From: Heterodontus francisci
Taxonomy: Eukaryota
Direction of reading: 5' to 3'
NCBI RefSeq assembly: GCF_036365525.1
Contig: NC_090387.1
Coordinates: 5,780,375-5,844,374 of the forward strand
DNA: 64,000 nucleotides
The translations under genes were made by a program, and so were the position numbers. The notes beneath the pieces are model-generated. The model did no database searches. It was given only the letters and a program-made list of their open reading frames with translations, and was not told where the DNA came from. Below, piece after piece: positions 24,656-37,224 of this stretch (its first letter is position 1; every line of letters starts with the position of its first letter).

Positions 24656-25531
24656 GTCTGCACAGGTACAGTGCTCCTGGCTTTGGGAGGTGTATTCACT
24701 GTGTAGTGACATTTGCTGAAGGTTATTCCTGTGCAGGTGTCTAGCGAGGGCAGCATCAGACTCGGCGGTGATTTCCCCCTCCCCCAGGGCTTACTGTCTA
24801 GTGACAGGGTCAATGACCAGCTGTGTGATTGAGATATAATTCCACAGGTACCAATGAGGAAGTGGGAAACTTTTGGGGAGGATGGAGTGAAAAGAACATG
24901 GTGAAAAGCTTGGAAAGGAAAGGAGGTAGCAGAGAGAGCGAGAGTAACATTAACCCAGGAGGCATAAGAAAGTGTAAGGGATGTTCTGGAGTTATGAGAG
25001 AGGGTTAGCCATTCTTTAACTGTGTGTAAGACTGCAGCAACTGGAAGCTGACCACTTGCGCTGGGGTTAACTGACCCTCTCCAGAGCGGCTAGAAAAGCT
25101 CCTGTTAAGTGCAATTCCCCAGGGAGCGTTGGGTTCCCCAGGTATGATTCCCAGTTAGTGTCAAGATTAATGTTCCTGGCCAGACCAGGAGGACTCGCTA
25201 CCACTGGCCTCTGTGCCTGGGGCTCTGAGAAGGGGCTGAAAATCACCCAGGAATCTCGTGCCTGAATGCTGCCCTCTCCTGGAACGTGCGGCTGTGTATG
25301 AGGATGTTGGGTGAGGACAAGATGAGGCTTGGTCATGATGCTTTACACAGTGCAATAGCCCACGGCACTGATTGCGCAGACTCTCATATGGAGAATGGCC
25401 GCTTGTGGGTGTTGCTGGAAGGCTGCCTTGGAATGTTAACCCAGCGGCAGGAGGGGGTACGATTGGATAACCAGACAGACTCAATGGATCATCTGATCTT
25501 TCTCTCTGCATCAATCCTGTCTGGTCATAAT

Positions 25532-26510
25532 TGTTAGAAATGCTGGAATTTGTAACATGATTATGTTTTAAAAATGGTGATTTTTAAAAGTTTAAGATGG
25601 AGTCTGGAAGATCAGGTGACCTCACATCTACTCCACAAAAGGGCAAGATAGAATTCTTTGTCACCAGAACAACAGGAAACACAGATCAAAGGCTTTTGTT
25701 TGAAAAAGCAGAGACTGCAGAGGTAACACCTGAAGAACAATGTGTTTCACCCTCCAAAACTTTCAGATCGTAAACAAGGAGTCAGTGATTCTGAAGATGA
25801 AAATGGACCAAGCAGATGTTAACACCTGGGAACAATGGAAGGCCCAGGTGGCTCTGTGAAACCAGACTTCTGGACTTTGTATATTGGATCAGGACAATAG
25901 GCTATTGTCTTTTGAGTCCAGATAAATTTTAACAGATTTTCTGCAGGTAGATAGTCTGCAATGAAGACAACCAATGGTTGCAGCCTCCAGAGAGAGAGAG
26001 CGAGAGAGAGGGGACACCTGCTCACAGTAGCCTGATACCGCAAAAGGCTGCGAAGACTTGAACCTGTTTTGAAAGTTGAAGCTTGCGGAGAAGTAAAAGA
26101 ACAGCAGGATCACCAGGAATCGCCTTATTCATGGACGTCCAGGTCAGAAGAGCTCGGAGAAGTGAGCAAAGAGATCATCGATTTTTGAGAAGGTCTGGGG
26201 GATCCAACCCATTGTAACTGGGAGGAGTTTGGGACTTTTAACCGCAAAGCATTTCGCCATCAAAAAAGACTGTGTAGCGTATAAGTGTGGTGTGAGGTTT
26301 TCAACAATTTAATAAGTAAAGAAAATACCTTTCTTTGTAATCTGGGGTATCAGCTACTTACAAAGTTCTCTGTAGTTTAATGGGGATTTCTTAGTTTAGT
26401 TGTTATAATCAAAGTCTTAAAATGTGAAATCTTGTTTTCTAATTCTTTAAATTGGTCTGGGGGTTCGTATCTTTTATTTTACCGTTAAGTATCGCACTGA
26501 AGTTGTAACA
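25532..26510. mobile_element. Solo LTR of an LTR retrotransposon or ERV
   Basis: Starts TGTTA and ends TAACA (TG...CA with a 5-bp inverted terminus); flanked by a 5-bp direct repeat ATAAT (25527-25531, 26511-26515); 979 bp with no coding remnant. Confidence 0.75.
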
Positions 26511-26557
26511 ATAATAAACTGTCTCACCTTGCATAACACAGACCTTTTTATCAACAG

Positions 26558-26625
26558 GGAGGCGATTACGTGGGAAGGCTTTTTACAATGTGAACGGGAA
26601 GGTGTATTGTGAGGAAGACTTCCTG
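26558..26625 (+). CDS. WTIP: WTIP coding exon 3: (G)[22 protein letters not shown]
   Basis: cag acceptor, gtgagt donor, 68 bp, phase-consistent; conserved Ajuba-family LIM1 end. Confidence 0.96.
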
Positions 26626-26829
26626 GTGAGTTTATTATCCTGCACGAATTTCGGTAGCATTTAATGGTGATGGTGTGGAAACTGCGACCACTGGATCCCG
26701 AGGGACGAGCCCAGCCCAGTGTTCCTGGATTCTGAGCTCTGTTTACATCAGTGAGAACATTGTGAGATGTTTAGCTCTGATGATGGACTGTGGGTATCAA
26801 ACAGTCAGTGAGAGTGAGGTCTCTGGAAT

Positions 26830-27095
26830 CTCCTCCAGCGCCCACAGCCCTCTGAGATCTCTTCCTCCAATTCTGGCCTCTTGTCCAGCCCTAATTTTAA
26901 TTGCTCCGCCATTAGTGACTGTCCCTAAGCTCCAAGCTCTGGAATTCCCTTCCTAACCGTTTCTGTCTCTCCACCTCCCTTCATTGAAGATGCTCCTTAA
27001 AACCTACCTCTTTGATCACCTGCCCTAATATGGCCTTATGTGGCTCAGTGTCAAATTTTATCTGCTAATACTCCTGTTAAAGCATTAAAGACGAG
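26830..27095 (+). mobile_element. L2-clade LINE 3' fragment
   Basis: CTCTGGAATTCCCTTCC...CTTAAAACCTACCTCTTTGA motif; related to 29430-29830. Confidence 0.62.
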
Positions 27096-27349
27096 TTGTT
27101 CAATATCACAAAGCTGCAAAGGATTTTTTGAGTTAATTGTAATTTAATTTTAAAGTGATTAGTTACTTGACATCAGTAAAATGTATTGCAGGCACTAACT
27201 CCCTTGGTGGGAGATGGGCCAAGGAGCATAAATAAATAGTAGAACAGCCATTATCAGATTTGGCATTAATTTTAGAAGCAATCTTGACCCTGTCTGATTT
27301 CGGCATTTGTTTCAGTGATGTCAGCAGATTCTAATCGTTAATCCTCAGG

Positions 27350-28480
27350 ACCCTGGGTTATATTCATCCAATTTCCTTTTGAAAGTATCTCTGGTGTTTG
27401 CCTCAACCATTTCCTGTGATATCAAGTTCCACATTCTCATCACTCTCTGAGTAAAGATATTTCTCCTGGTTTCCCTATTGGATTTATTAGGAACTATCTT
27501 GTATTTATGGTTCCGAGTTTTGGATTCTCCCACAAGTGGTAATATTCTCTCCACTTCTACCCTGTCCAACCCATTCCTAATTTTAAAAACTTCAAGCATG
27601 TCACCTCAGTGTCTCTTTCCTAAAGTACAAACCTGTTGTTCTTTTCCAGTAGCTGTAATCTCTCAGTTCTAGTACTATCCTTGTAAATCTTTTTTGCACT
27701 TTCTGCAGTGTTTCTATGTCCTCCTTATAGTCTGGAGACCAGAGCTGTGCTCTGTATCTAAGTGCAGCCTCACCAAGGTCCAATACAAGTATAATATGAG
27801 TTCATTACTTTTAAATTCAATATCCCAGGAATAAATCCCAGTGCCTTTTTGGCATTTTTCGTTGCTTTGCTGACCTGTGATGGTGCTTTTAATGATTTGT
27901 TCACCTCTATCCTGAGATACCTTTGATCTCCTTTCCATTCGGTTTATTTTCTAAGGCGTATGTGATGTTTATGTTTTTCCTACTAAAGTGCATTGCCTCT
28001 TCATTGATCTATATTAAAGTTCATTTGCCCAGTCTGTAGGTTTTCTAATGTCATCTTGTATTGTATTTCATTCTTTGTCAGTGTTAGCTGAAGCCCCCCC
28101 AGTTTGGTATCATCTGCAAATTTTGTTATTGAGTTACTTATTTCACTGTACAAAGAATTAATGTCAATTATGAGAAGCAGTGATCCCAGACTTAGCAGTT
28201 GGCAGGAAAAAAGACAGAGGCGAAAGGGGAGAGCCAATTGTGTAACAGCCCCGACAAACAAATTTCTCTGCAGCACCTGTGGAAGAGCCTGTCACTCTAG
28301 AATTGGCCTTTATAGCCACTCCAGGCGCTGCTCCACACACCACTGACCACCTCCAGGCGCTTACCCATTGTCTCTCGAGATAAGGAGGCCAAAGAAGATC
28401 CCAGCACTAATCCTTGTGGACAATACTCTCTCTAACTTCCTCCAGTGTGAATAACTGCCTTAATCCCTACTCTCTGCTTT
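27350..28480 (-). mobile_element. Old CR1 RT fragment
   Basis: [10 protein letters not shown] and C-terminal CR1 motifs in short minus-strand ORFs. Confidence 0.78.
28190..28396 (+). mobile_element. RTE-clade LINE 3' end nested in CR1
   Basis: C-terminal zinc-knuckle FLCSTCGRACHSRIGLYSHSRRC, short UTR ending in AAGAAGA; 8-bp TSD GATCCCAG (28182-28189, 28397-28404). Confidence 0.82.
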
Positions 28481-28609
28481 TCCATCTATTTGCTTGCAGT
28501 CATACAGGGCTTTTCCCGTGCTCCGGACATCTCAAACACTTTTCAGCCAATGATGTATTTTTGAAGTGCAGTCACTGTTAAAATGTAGAAAACACGGCAG
28601 CCACTTTGC

Positions 28610-29155
28610 CTGTCCCAGGTCTTTGGAAGGGTTATCCGATTGGTCCCACTTCCTCGCTCTTTCCCCGTAACCCTCCAAATTTCTCCCCTTCAGGTATTTC
28701 TCCAATTCCCTTTGGAAAGTTACGATGGAATCTGCTTCCACCGCCCTTTCAGGCAGCGTGTTCCAGATCACAACAACTGACTGCGTAAAAAAAACACAAA
28801 TCCCTGATGTTGCCTCCTTAAATCTGAGCCCTCTGGTTACTGAGCCTCCTGCCACTGCAAACAATTTCTCCTCATTTACTCGATCAAAGCCCTTCATGAT
28901 TTTGAACATGTCTATTAATAATCTCCCCGTAACTTTCTCTGCTCGAGGGAGAACAATCCCAGCTTCTTCAATCTCTCCACATAACTGAAGTCTCTCGTCT
29001 CTGGGATCATTCCAATAATTCTCCTCTGCACCTTTTCCAAGACATGAACATTCTTCCTGACGGTAGTGCCCAGAATTGAACACAATACTCCTGCTTGAAC
29101 TTGACCAGACTTTTATAAATATTTAGCATAACTTTCTTACTTTTGTACTCTATAA
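28610..29155 (-). mobile_element. Degenerate CR1 3' fragment
   Basis: ORF fragment FKIMKGFDRV..KLF...FFTQ.VV.IWN.LP. Confidence 0.78.
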
Positions 29156-29429
29156 AGTTTCAGAGAGCTTGTCAATCAGGAACTACAGGTTACATTCCTC
29201 TTTGACAGAGACAGATGGAGAGTGTGACGGTTCAGAGAGTTAACTGAAGAACACTGATTGTCATCTGCTTGTAGCTTGACAGTATAACCAGCTGCTGCCA
29301 CTTCGATTAAAGGTCTTTATATCTCTGAGGTCCATGGTGACCTGGATGAAGAGAGTTGGTCTCAATCTGGGCTCAGCAATCGATCTCTGTGCTCTAGGGC
29401 AAGAAAGCGCCAAAGAAAAGTCCCCAAAA

Positions 29430-29830
29430 CAACTTGGCTTTATATAGTGCCTTTAACATCATAAAATGCCCCAGATTGCTTCACAGCAGGTGTAATTTTT
29501 GACACAAATCCACATGAGATTTTAGGACAGATGTTTAAAAGCTCGCTCAAAGAGGTAGGTTTCATGGAGAGTCTTAAAGAAGGAGAGGAGTAGAGAGACG
29601 GAGAGATTCAGGGAGAGAATTCCAGAGCTTAGGGCCTTTGCAGCTGAAGGCTTTGCCGCCGATGTGATGAAAATTGGGGATGTGCAAAAGGTGAAATCTG
29701 GAAGAGCACAGAGATCTTCGAGGGTTATGGAGCAGGAGGAGATGACAGCAATAGGCAGAGCTGAGGCCATGGAGAGATTGGAACATGTGAATGAGAATTT
29801 TCACATTTGAGCTGAAGTTTGGGCGGAGTG
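29430..29830 (-). mobile_element. L2-clade LINE 3' fragment
   Basis: KILI..FQSLHGL..AY...GGKAFS..GPKLWNSLP motif; tail matches the DeuSINE tail. Confidence 0.72.
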
Positions 29831-29934
29831 GGACGGGCTGTTGATTCATTGTTTTGCCCTATTGCCCGAGTTGCATTTATAGCGTGTGATTATGTTGTGA
29901 GGAATTTATAAAGTGAATCTTTGTGTCTTTACAG

Positions 29935-29997
29935 TATTCAGGCTTCCAGCAGACAGCGGACAAGTGTTTTGTATGTGGACATCTGATAATGGAGATG
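29935..29997 (+). CDS. WTIP: WTIP coding exon 4: YSGFQQTADKCFVCGHLIMEM
   Basis: tttacag acceptor, gtaagg donor, 63 bp; QQTADKC matches WTIP as I recall it. Confidence 0.96.
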
Positions 29998-30289
29998 GTA
30001 AGGAATGTAAGAGCAATCCCGGGATTGTTCTATGTAATAGTGAACCTGTGTAACTGTGTATTACAGTGACTGTCTTCCCAGCATTGAGTAATCCAGCCCA
30101 GACTGTGCACTGACAGTAAGGGGATTATGTGATGTATCGTACAAGCAGTCTTAGCTAGGGAGTAAAACAGCTTCTCATTTGGCAAATTCATGGCAAAACC
30201 ACAAGATGGTGGAGTGGGAAACATAAAGTACCAACAGGTGCATGAAAAGGCACTTGTGCAAAAGGAGCTTTACTCTGTATCTAACTCAG

Positions 30290-33200
30290 TTTTTTTTTCA
30301 TGTCAAGGGGGCCTTTATTCCCCAGGCCCCCTTTATATACATATTTTTAAAATAACGTTCTTAAAAAACAGAGAAATAAACAAAAAAACTCAAATTAAAA
30401 TGCCATTTTCGGCATTGACTGTGCACTCCAGTCCCTGCGGTGCCCACCGGTCGTGGAAGGCCTCAAGCGTACTGGCGGACACCGCACGCTCCTTCTCCAG
30501 GGACACCCGTGCATGAACGTAACCGCGGAAGAGGGGCAGGCAATCAGGGAGGACGAACCCGCCCCCCCCCAGACAGCCTGCAGCCTGGACCTGTGAATTG
30601 CCACCTTGGCCAGGCCCAGGAGCAGACCGACGAGGAGATCCTCCTCCCGGCCCACGCCCCTCCGCACCGGGTGCCCAAAAATCAGGAGCACGGGACTGAA
30701 GTGCAGCCAGAACTTGAGCAGCCCCTTCAAATACTCAAAGAGGGGCTGCAACCTCGCACACTCCGTATATATGTGAAACACGGACTTGTCCAGGCCGCAG
30801 AAATTACAGGCAGCCTGGGAGTCCGTGAATCTACTTAAAAGACTATTGCACGGGACTGCCCTGTGCAGCACCCTCCACCCCAGGTCCCCGATATAAAGGG
30901 GGAGGACTCCCGCGTAGAGAGACCTCCATCGGGGTTTCCCCTCGCCGCCAGATGGCAACGCGGACCGCCAGGGCGTGTCCGGCCGGCTGACGAGGGCGAG
31001 TAAGTGGAGAGTGTGCAGGAGCAGCCCGTACAGGAAACCCCTCCGCACCGATTGGAATGGCACGGAGGGCATTTCCGAGAGGCGGCTCGAGTTGTGTGGG
31101 ACTGGCTCCCGAGGAGGGTTTCGGGGCCTGGGTCCGATGAGCAGTTCCGGCCGAACGGGAGTCAGCTCGGCTGGGAGCGCTCTGCACTCCCGAATCCCCT
31201 CGCCACCCGCAGTGAGGGGCGTCCCGGGGGTTTCGGCTACTCCTCCGCCCGCTGGTCCGTCCCCGGAGTTGGCCGCCCGGACAGCTGAGGCGCTCTCCTC
31301 CGCCAACGGCGGAGCACCCTGACTGGAGGCGACCATGTTCCAGACTCGCAATAGATCCCGGTAAAAGACAGGCAACTCCCTCAGAGAGGCGCGGCTAACG
31401 GACTCCACCAGGAGCTGCGTGTCGTCTTGAAGGCAGTGACGCTGGCAGAAAAAATACGTCACCAGCGCACACCATCTGGGAGGACGCTCGACGTATAGGT
31501 ATCTCTGCAGGGTCCGAAGGCGGAGAGTCGCAGCCTGGGTGCGGACGCACACCAGCGACTGGCCGCCCTCCTCAATCGGGAGACTCAGGACCGCGGCAGA
31601 GACCCAGTGTTTCCTCTTGCCCCAGAAGAAATCAACAAGTTTCTTCTGGATCTTGGTGGCGAATGCAGGGGGTGGGGCCAAAGTGACCAACCGGTACCAC
31701 AACATGGAGGCCACCAGTTGGTTTATGACCAACGCTCGGCCCCTGTAGGAAAGCACTCGGAGCAGTCCTGTCCAGCGCCCCAGCTGAGCGGTGACTTTCG
31801 TCTCCAACTCCTGCCAGTTTGCTGGCCAGGCTTCCTCAGCGGGGCGAAGGTGGACTCCCAGATAGAGGAGGTGCGTGGTGCTCCATGCAAAAGGTGTCAT
31901 CTCCTCCGGCAGGGAGTCCACCCGCCACTGACCAACCAGGAGATCGGAACATTTCTCCCTATTGATCCTCGCGGAGGACGCGGCAGAAAAGGTCTGCTGG
32001 CAGTCGCGCATCCTCCGCAAGTCAACGGGATCTGTGATTGTGAGGAGCACGTCGTCGGCGTAAGCCGAGAGGACGACCCGCATGGCCGGCTCGCGCAGAG
32101 CCAATCCCGTCAACCTCCTGCGAAGCAGGCACAGGAACGGCTCCACGCAGATGGTATACAATTGGCCGGACATGGGGCATCCCTGACGCACTCCTCTCCC
32201 AAAGCGAAGGGGCGCCGTCAAGGACCCGTTAACCTTGACTAGACACTCTGCGGCGGCGTATAAAAGTTGGACCCGGGCCAAGAAATGCGGCCCGTGTCTG
32301 AAAGTGCACAGAGTCCTGAAAAGGTAATCGTGATCCACCCTGTCGAACGCCTTCTCCTGATCGAGGGAAAGAAAGGCGACCGACTGACCAGTCCTCTGGG
32401 AAAGATGGATCAGGTCCGGGACCAGGTGGATGTTGTCCTGGATGGACCGGCCCGGGACCGTGTAGGACTGGTCGGGGTGGATCATGTGGGCCAGCACGGA
32501 GCCCAGGCGGGTAGACATAACCTGGGCAAAAATCTTATAATCCGTGCTGAGGAGGGAAACCGGACGCCAGTTTTTAAGCAGGCGGAGATCGCCCCTCTTC
32601 GGCAGCAGGACGATGACCGCCCGGTCGCCAGGCTTTCCCCCAGGACCCGCACGTAATCGTCCCCCAGGACGTTCCAGAACGCCCTCAGGAACTCCACAGT
32701 CAGCCCGTCCAGCCCTGGGGATTTGGTGGAGGGCGCTGGTCAGCTCCGCCAACGTGAGCGGAGCCTCCAATCCTTCGGCGCCCTCCGGGCTGACCTGCAG
32801 CAGGTCCTCCCACAAAACGCGCGTCCTCACTGGACAGATCCGGAGAGAACAACGCACTGTAATAAGTACGGACTAGGAGGCCCATTCCCTCCGGATCCGT
32901 GTTAGAGGATCCGTCGTCGGCAGGCAGCTCAACGAGCTGCTTACGGACTCCCCACCATTTTTCCAGCAAGTAGAAGAAGGGTGAGGCACGGTCCAAATCT
33001 TCCAGGATCTGCGACCTCACGTACGCGCCTCGGGACCCTATGAGCTGCAGGTCCCTCAGCGCGCCCTTCTTCTCTTTATACGCCTGCCACAGGGCCGGGT
33101 CCGCGAGGGCATGACCGAGGCGGGACTCCCATTCGAGCACCTCCCTCTCAAGGCGCCCGATCTCAGTTTCCCGCCTCTTGGTCGACCCCTTCGCGTACTC

Positions 33201-33925
33201 CTGACAGAAGACGCAGATGTGAGTCTTGCCCACATCCCACCATAGCCTCAAGGAGGGGAAGCCCCCCTGCTTCCTTCTCCAGTCGGCCCAGAATCGACAG
33301 AACGAGTCCCGAAATCGCTCATCCTCCAGCATCCGCTTGTTAAAGTGCCAGTACGCGGACCCCGCCCGCGTGCGGAGCGGAGTGAACTCCGCCCACACCA
33401 TGTGGTGGTCCGAGCACGGCACCAGCCGCATGGAGGCCGCCGAGACGCGGGAGACGTATGCCTGCGAAAAGTAGAGGCGGTCGATTCGCGACCCCCCTCC
33501 TCCAGACCTCCACGTGAAGGCGCTGGAGTCGGGATGGAGATTCCGCCAGACGTCCACCAAGTTGAGGGAGCTGATCAGTTCCCCACCTCGAGGGTACAAT
33601 TAAAATCCCCCCCGAGGATGATGCACCCGACGCTATCGATGGAGCTCAAGAGAGCGGACACTTCTTCAAAGAAGCGCGCTTGCAACGCGCCGGGCCTGGG
33701 CGCGTACACGTTCACAAAGTGGAGCGGCACGCTACCCAGGCGAACGGCGAGGTGGAGCAAGCGGCCCGGCACTAGCTCCTTGACCCCCAAGATCTCCGGC
33801 TGAAAAGTCGGGGCCAACAAGATAGCCACCCCACCAGAAATAGGGGTGAGGTGACTCATGTAGACCCCACCCTGCCACTCCAGGAGCCAGGTGGCTTCGT
33901 CTCCCGGAACGGTGTGGGTTTCCTG
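30290..33925 (-). mobile_element. Tx1-clade (L1 group) LINE, 5'-truncated inside the endonuclease, few disablements
   Basis: Endonuclease motifs QETH, GGDFN, SRIDR, SDH; RT motifs NWRPVSLL, DQEKAFDRVDH, GVRQGCP, AYADD; C-terminal CNFC..H...C; T-run (A-tail) at ~30290-30298; 820-aa ORF. Confidence 0.93.
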
Positions 33926-34551
33926 CTATATTTTGAGTTCACATAGCTGTGGGTTATGTACAAACAGCATGGTAAACTCCATGGAGCCGAGTGCCAGTAT
34001 TGTGTCTGTCAAAGCTGCAGATAACAGGCTGTGAAGAATTGCAAAACCTTTTGTTGTTTTGGTTTCGGAGAATGGTTTAAAATATTGGTATAAGTTAATA
34101 AAACACTGCTGCTCGTCTAGTTTATTTTTTCTGTATAAGTTAAAATTTGCCAATAAATCCATTTCATAGTTTAGCCTGATCTATCTGCACATTTAAGTAG
34201 TTTTATTGCGGTTTGGAGCTATGAGATGCCGAAGAGATGGGCAGCTCGTCCATCTTCCGAGTGCTTATGTTGAGGAAAGTCTCATTGTTATTCCTGTGAC
34301 CTACTGCGATATTAACTCTGTAAGATATACTAATTAGATGATGGAATTCCTGTAGAATGTCAACAGAGGAGGGAGAATTATTTTCAAGGTGCAGGAGACC
34401 AGAGAGAGGCTAATTTTGCTGTGGTTGGTTTCTGCTATCTGTAGTATCACTAAAAACTAGTGGAGTAGAACAAAAAATAATTTAAAATGCTAATGGAATT
34501 TTGGCCTTTATTTCAAAGGAGCTGAAGTACAAAGAGGTTGAAATGATGTAA

Positions 34552-36350
34552 CTTACAGTCAGAAAAGGGGGAATTTATAATGGGGAACAAAGAAATGGCA
34601 GCCAATTAAATACATACGTTGATTCTGTCTTCGCAAAGGAGGACACAAATGACCTCCCAGAAATGTTAGGGAACATCGGGTCTAGTGAGAAGGAGGAACT
34701 GTATGAAATCAGTATTAGTAGGGAAATGGTGTTAGGGAAATTGATGGGATTGAAGGCCAATAAATCCCCAGGGCCTGATGGTCTGCATCCCAGAGTACTT
34801 AAGGAAGTGGCCCTAGAAATAGTAGATGCATTTCTGGCCTTTTTTCAAAATTCAATACACTCTATAATGGTTCCAATGGATCAGAGGGTATCTAATGTAA
34901 CCCCACTATTAGAAAATGGAGGTAGAGAGAAAACAGGGAATTATAGACCGGTTAGCCTGACATCAGTAGTGGGGAAAATGCTAGAGTCCATTATAAAAGA
35001 TGTAATAACAGAGCACTTGGAAAACAATGACAGGATCGGACAAAGTCAACATGGATTTACGAAAGGGCAATCATGCTTGACAAATCTACTGGAATTATTT
35101 GAGGATGTAACTAGTAGAATAGATAAGAGAGAACCAGTGGATGTGGTGTATTTGGATGTTCGGAAGGCTTTCGATAAGATTTCACATAAGAGATTAGCAT
35201 GTAAAATTAAAGCACATGGGATTGGGTGTAAGGTACTGACATGGATAGAGAACTGATTGGCAGACAGGAAACAAAGAGTAGGAATAAACAGGTCTTTTTC
35301 CGAATGGCAGGCAGTGACTAGTGGGGTACCGCAGGGATCAGTGCTAGGACTCCAGCTATTCACAATATATATTAATGATATAGATGAGGGAATTAAATGT
35401 AATATATCCAAGTTTGCAGATGACACAAAGCTGGGTGGGAGTGTGAGCTGTGAGGAGGATGCAGAGAAGCTCCTGTGTGATTTGGACGGTTGAGTGAGTG
35501 GGCAAATACATGGCAGATGCAGTATAATGTGGATAAATGTGAGGTTATCCACTTTGGCTGTAAAAAACAGAGAGGCAGATTATTATCTGAATGGCGATAG
35601 ATTGGGAAAGGGGAGGTGCAGCGAGACCTGGGTGTCCTTGTGCACCAGTCGCTGAAAGTAAGCATGCAGGTGCAGCAGGCGGTTAAGAAGGCAAATGGTA
35701 TATTGGCCTTCATATCGAGAGGATTCAAGTACAGGAGCAAGGATGTCTTGCTGCAATTATACAAGGCCTTGGTGAGACCACATCTGGAGTACTGTGTGCA
35801 GTTTTGTTCTCCTTATCTGAGGAAGGATGTTCTTGCTATGGAGGGAGTGCAGCAAAGGTTCACCAGACTGATTCCTGGGATGGCAGGACTGACGTATGAA
35901 GAGAGATTGGGTCGATTAGGCTTGTATTCGCTAGGGTTTAGAAAAATGAGAGGGAATCTCATAGAAACCTATAAAATTCTAACAGGACTGGACAGACTAG
36001 ATGCAGGAAGGATATTCCCAATGGCAGGGGAGTCCAGGACCAGGGGTCACAGTCTCAGGATAAGGGGTAAGCCATTTAGGACTGAGATGAGGAGGGATTT
36101 CTTCACCCAGAGAGTGGTGAACCTGTGGAATTCTCTACCACAAAGAAATTGAGGCCAAATCATTAAATATATTCAAGAAAGAGTTAGATATAGTTCTTAG
36201 GGCTAAAGGGATCAAGGGATAAGGGGAGAAAACGGAAACAGGGTACTGAGTTTGGATGATGAGTCATGATAATATTGAATGGCAGAGCAGGCTTGAAGGG
36301 CCGAATGGCCTACTCCTGCTCCTATTTTTCTATGTTTCTACGTTCTATGT
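34552..36350 (+). mobile_element. 5'-truncated CR1 LINE nested in an older CR1 (34480-34551 and 36351-36900)
   Basis: RT ORFs 34663-36152 and TTCTATG tail; the host CR1 continues on both sides. Confidence 0.92.
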
Positions 36351-37061
36351 AAAGCACTGGTTTGAACCAGTCTGGAATTTTGCGTTCATTTCTCGGCACT
36401 GTGCCTCGGGAAGGATCTATTGGCCTTAGAGGGGGTGCAGGACAGATTAACCTGAATGATACCAGGGCTAAAATGGGTAAAACTATGAGAACAGTTTGTA
36501 CAGACTAGACGTGTATTCCTTGAGTTTTGAAGATTAAGCGGTGATCTAGTTGAGGTGTTTAAGATGATTAGTTGATTGAGAGAAATAGACAGGAGTCCAG
36601 AGCAAAGCAGCATGACAACATTCAAGCCAGGTCATTCAATGGTGATGTCAGGAAACATTTTCTCATACAAAGGTAATGAAAATCTGAAACTCGCTGCCCC
36701 CAAAAAAAGCTGTAGGTGCTGAGGGTCGGTAAGAGCTTTCACGACCAAAACTGATGGAGTTTTGTTGGGTAAAGGCATCGAGGGAGAGGGAACAAATATG
36801 GGTAAATGGACCTGAGGCAAAGATCAGCCATGATCTGATTGAATGGCAGAGCTAGTATGATGGGGCTGAATGGCCACCTTCTTTGCTATAAGATTCTATG
36901 GTGTGGAGCCACTAGAGAGGATTGCCTGTACCTGCGTGGGGAGTCAGCAGAGGCGGGGGGAATAATTGTAATTGGGAGGCAGTGGGGAAGGTTTTACTGT
37001 ACTGAATTCCTGGTATCTGTGACTGATGTAAACTAAGCTTTCACCCTGTGTTGCTGTTCAG

Positions 37062-37192
37062 ATTTTGCAGGCCCTCGGGAAGTCCTATCACCCAGGCTGT
37101 TTCCGCTGTGTGGTTTGCAATGAGTGCCTGGACGGTGTCCCATTCACTGTTGATGTGGAAAACAACATTTACTGTGTCAAAGATTACCACAC
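37062..37192 (+). CDS. WTIP: WTIP coding exon 5: [43 protein letters not shown](T)
   Basis: ttcag acceptor, gtgagt donor, 131 bp, phase-consistent; LIM2. Confidence 0.97.
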
Positions 37193-37224
37193 GTGAGTGT
37201 CCAGCACATTCTCCCATTTGCCCT

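Noticed and set aside
25060-25460. Possible fourth SINE family (also 22740-23420)
   Set aside because: Similarity is suggestive but too decayed to define boundaries by eye.
30395-32857. 820-aa RT ORF as a domesticated host gene
   Set aside because: Frameshifted relative to the endonuclease part, 5'-truncated, A-tailed, and a related decayed copy lies at 4645-6780.
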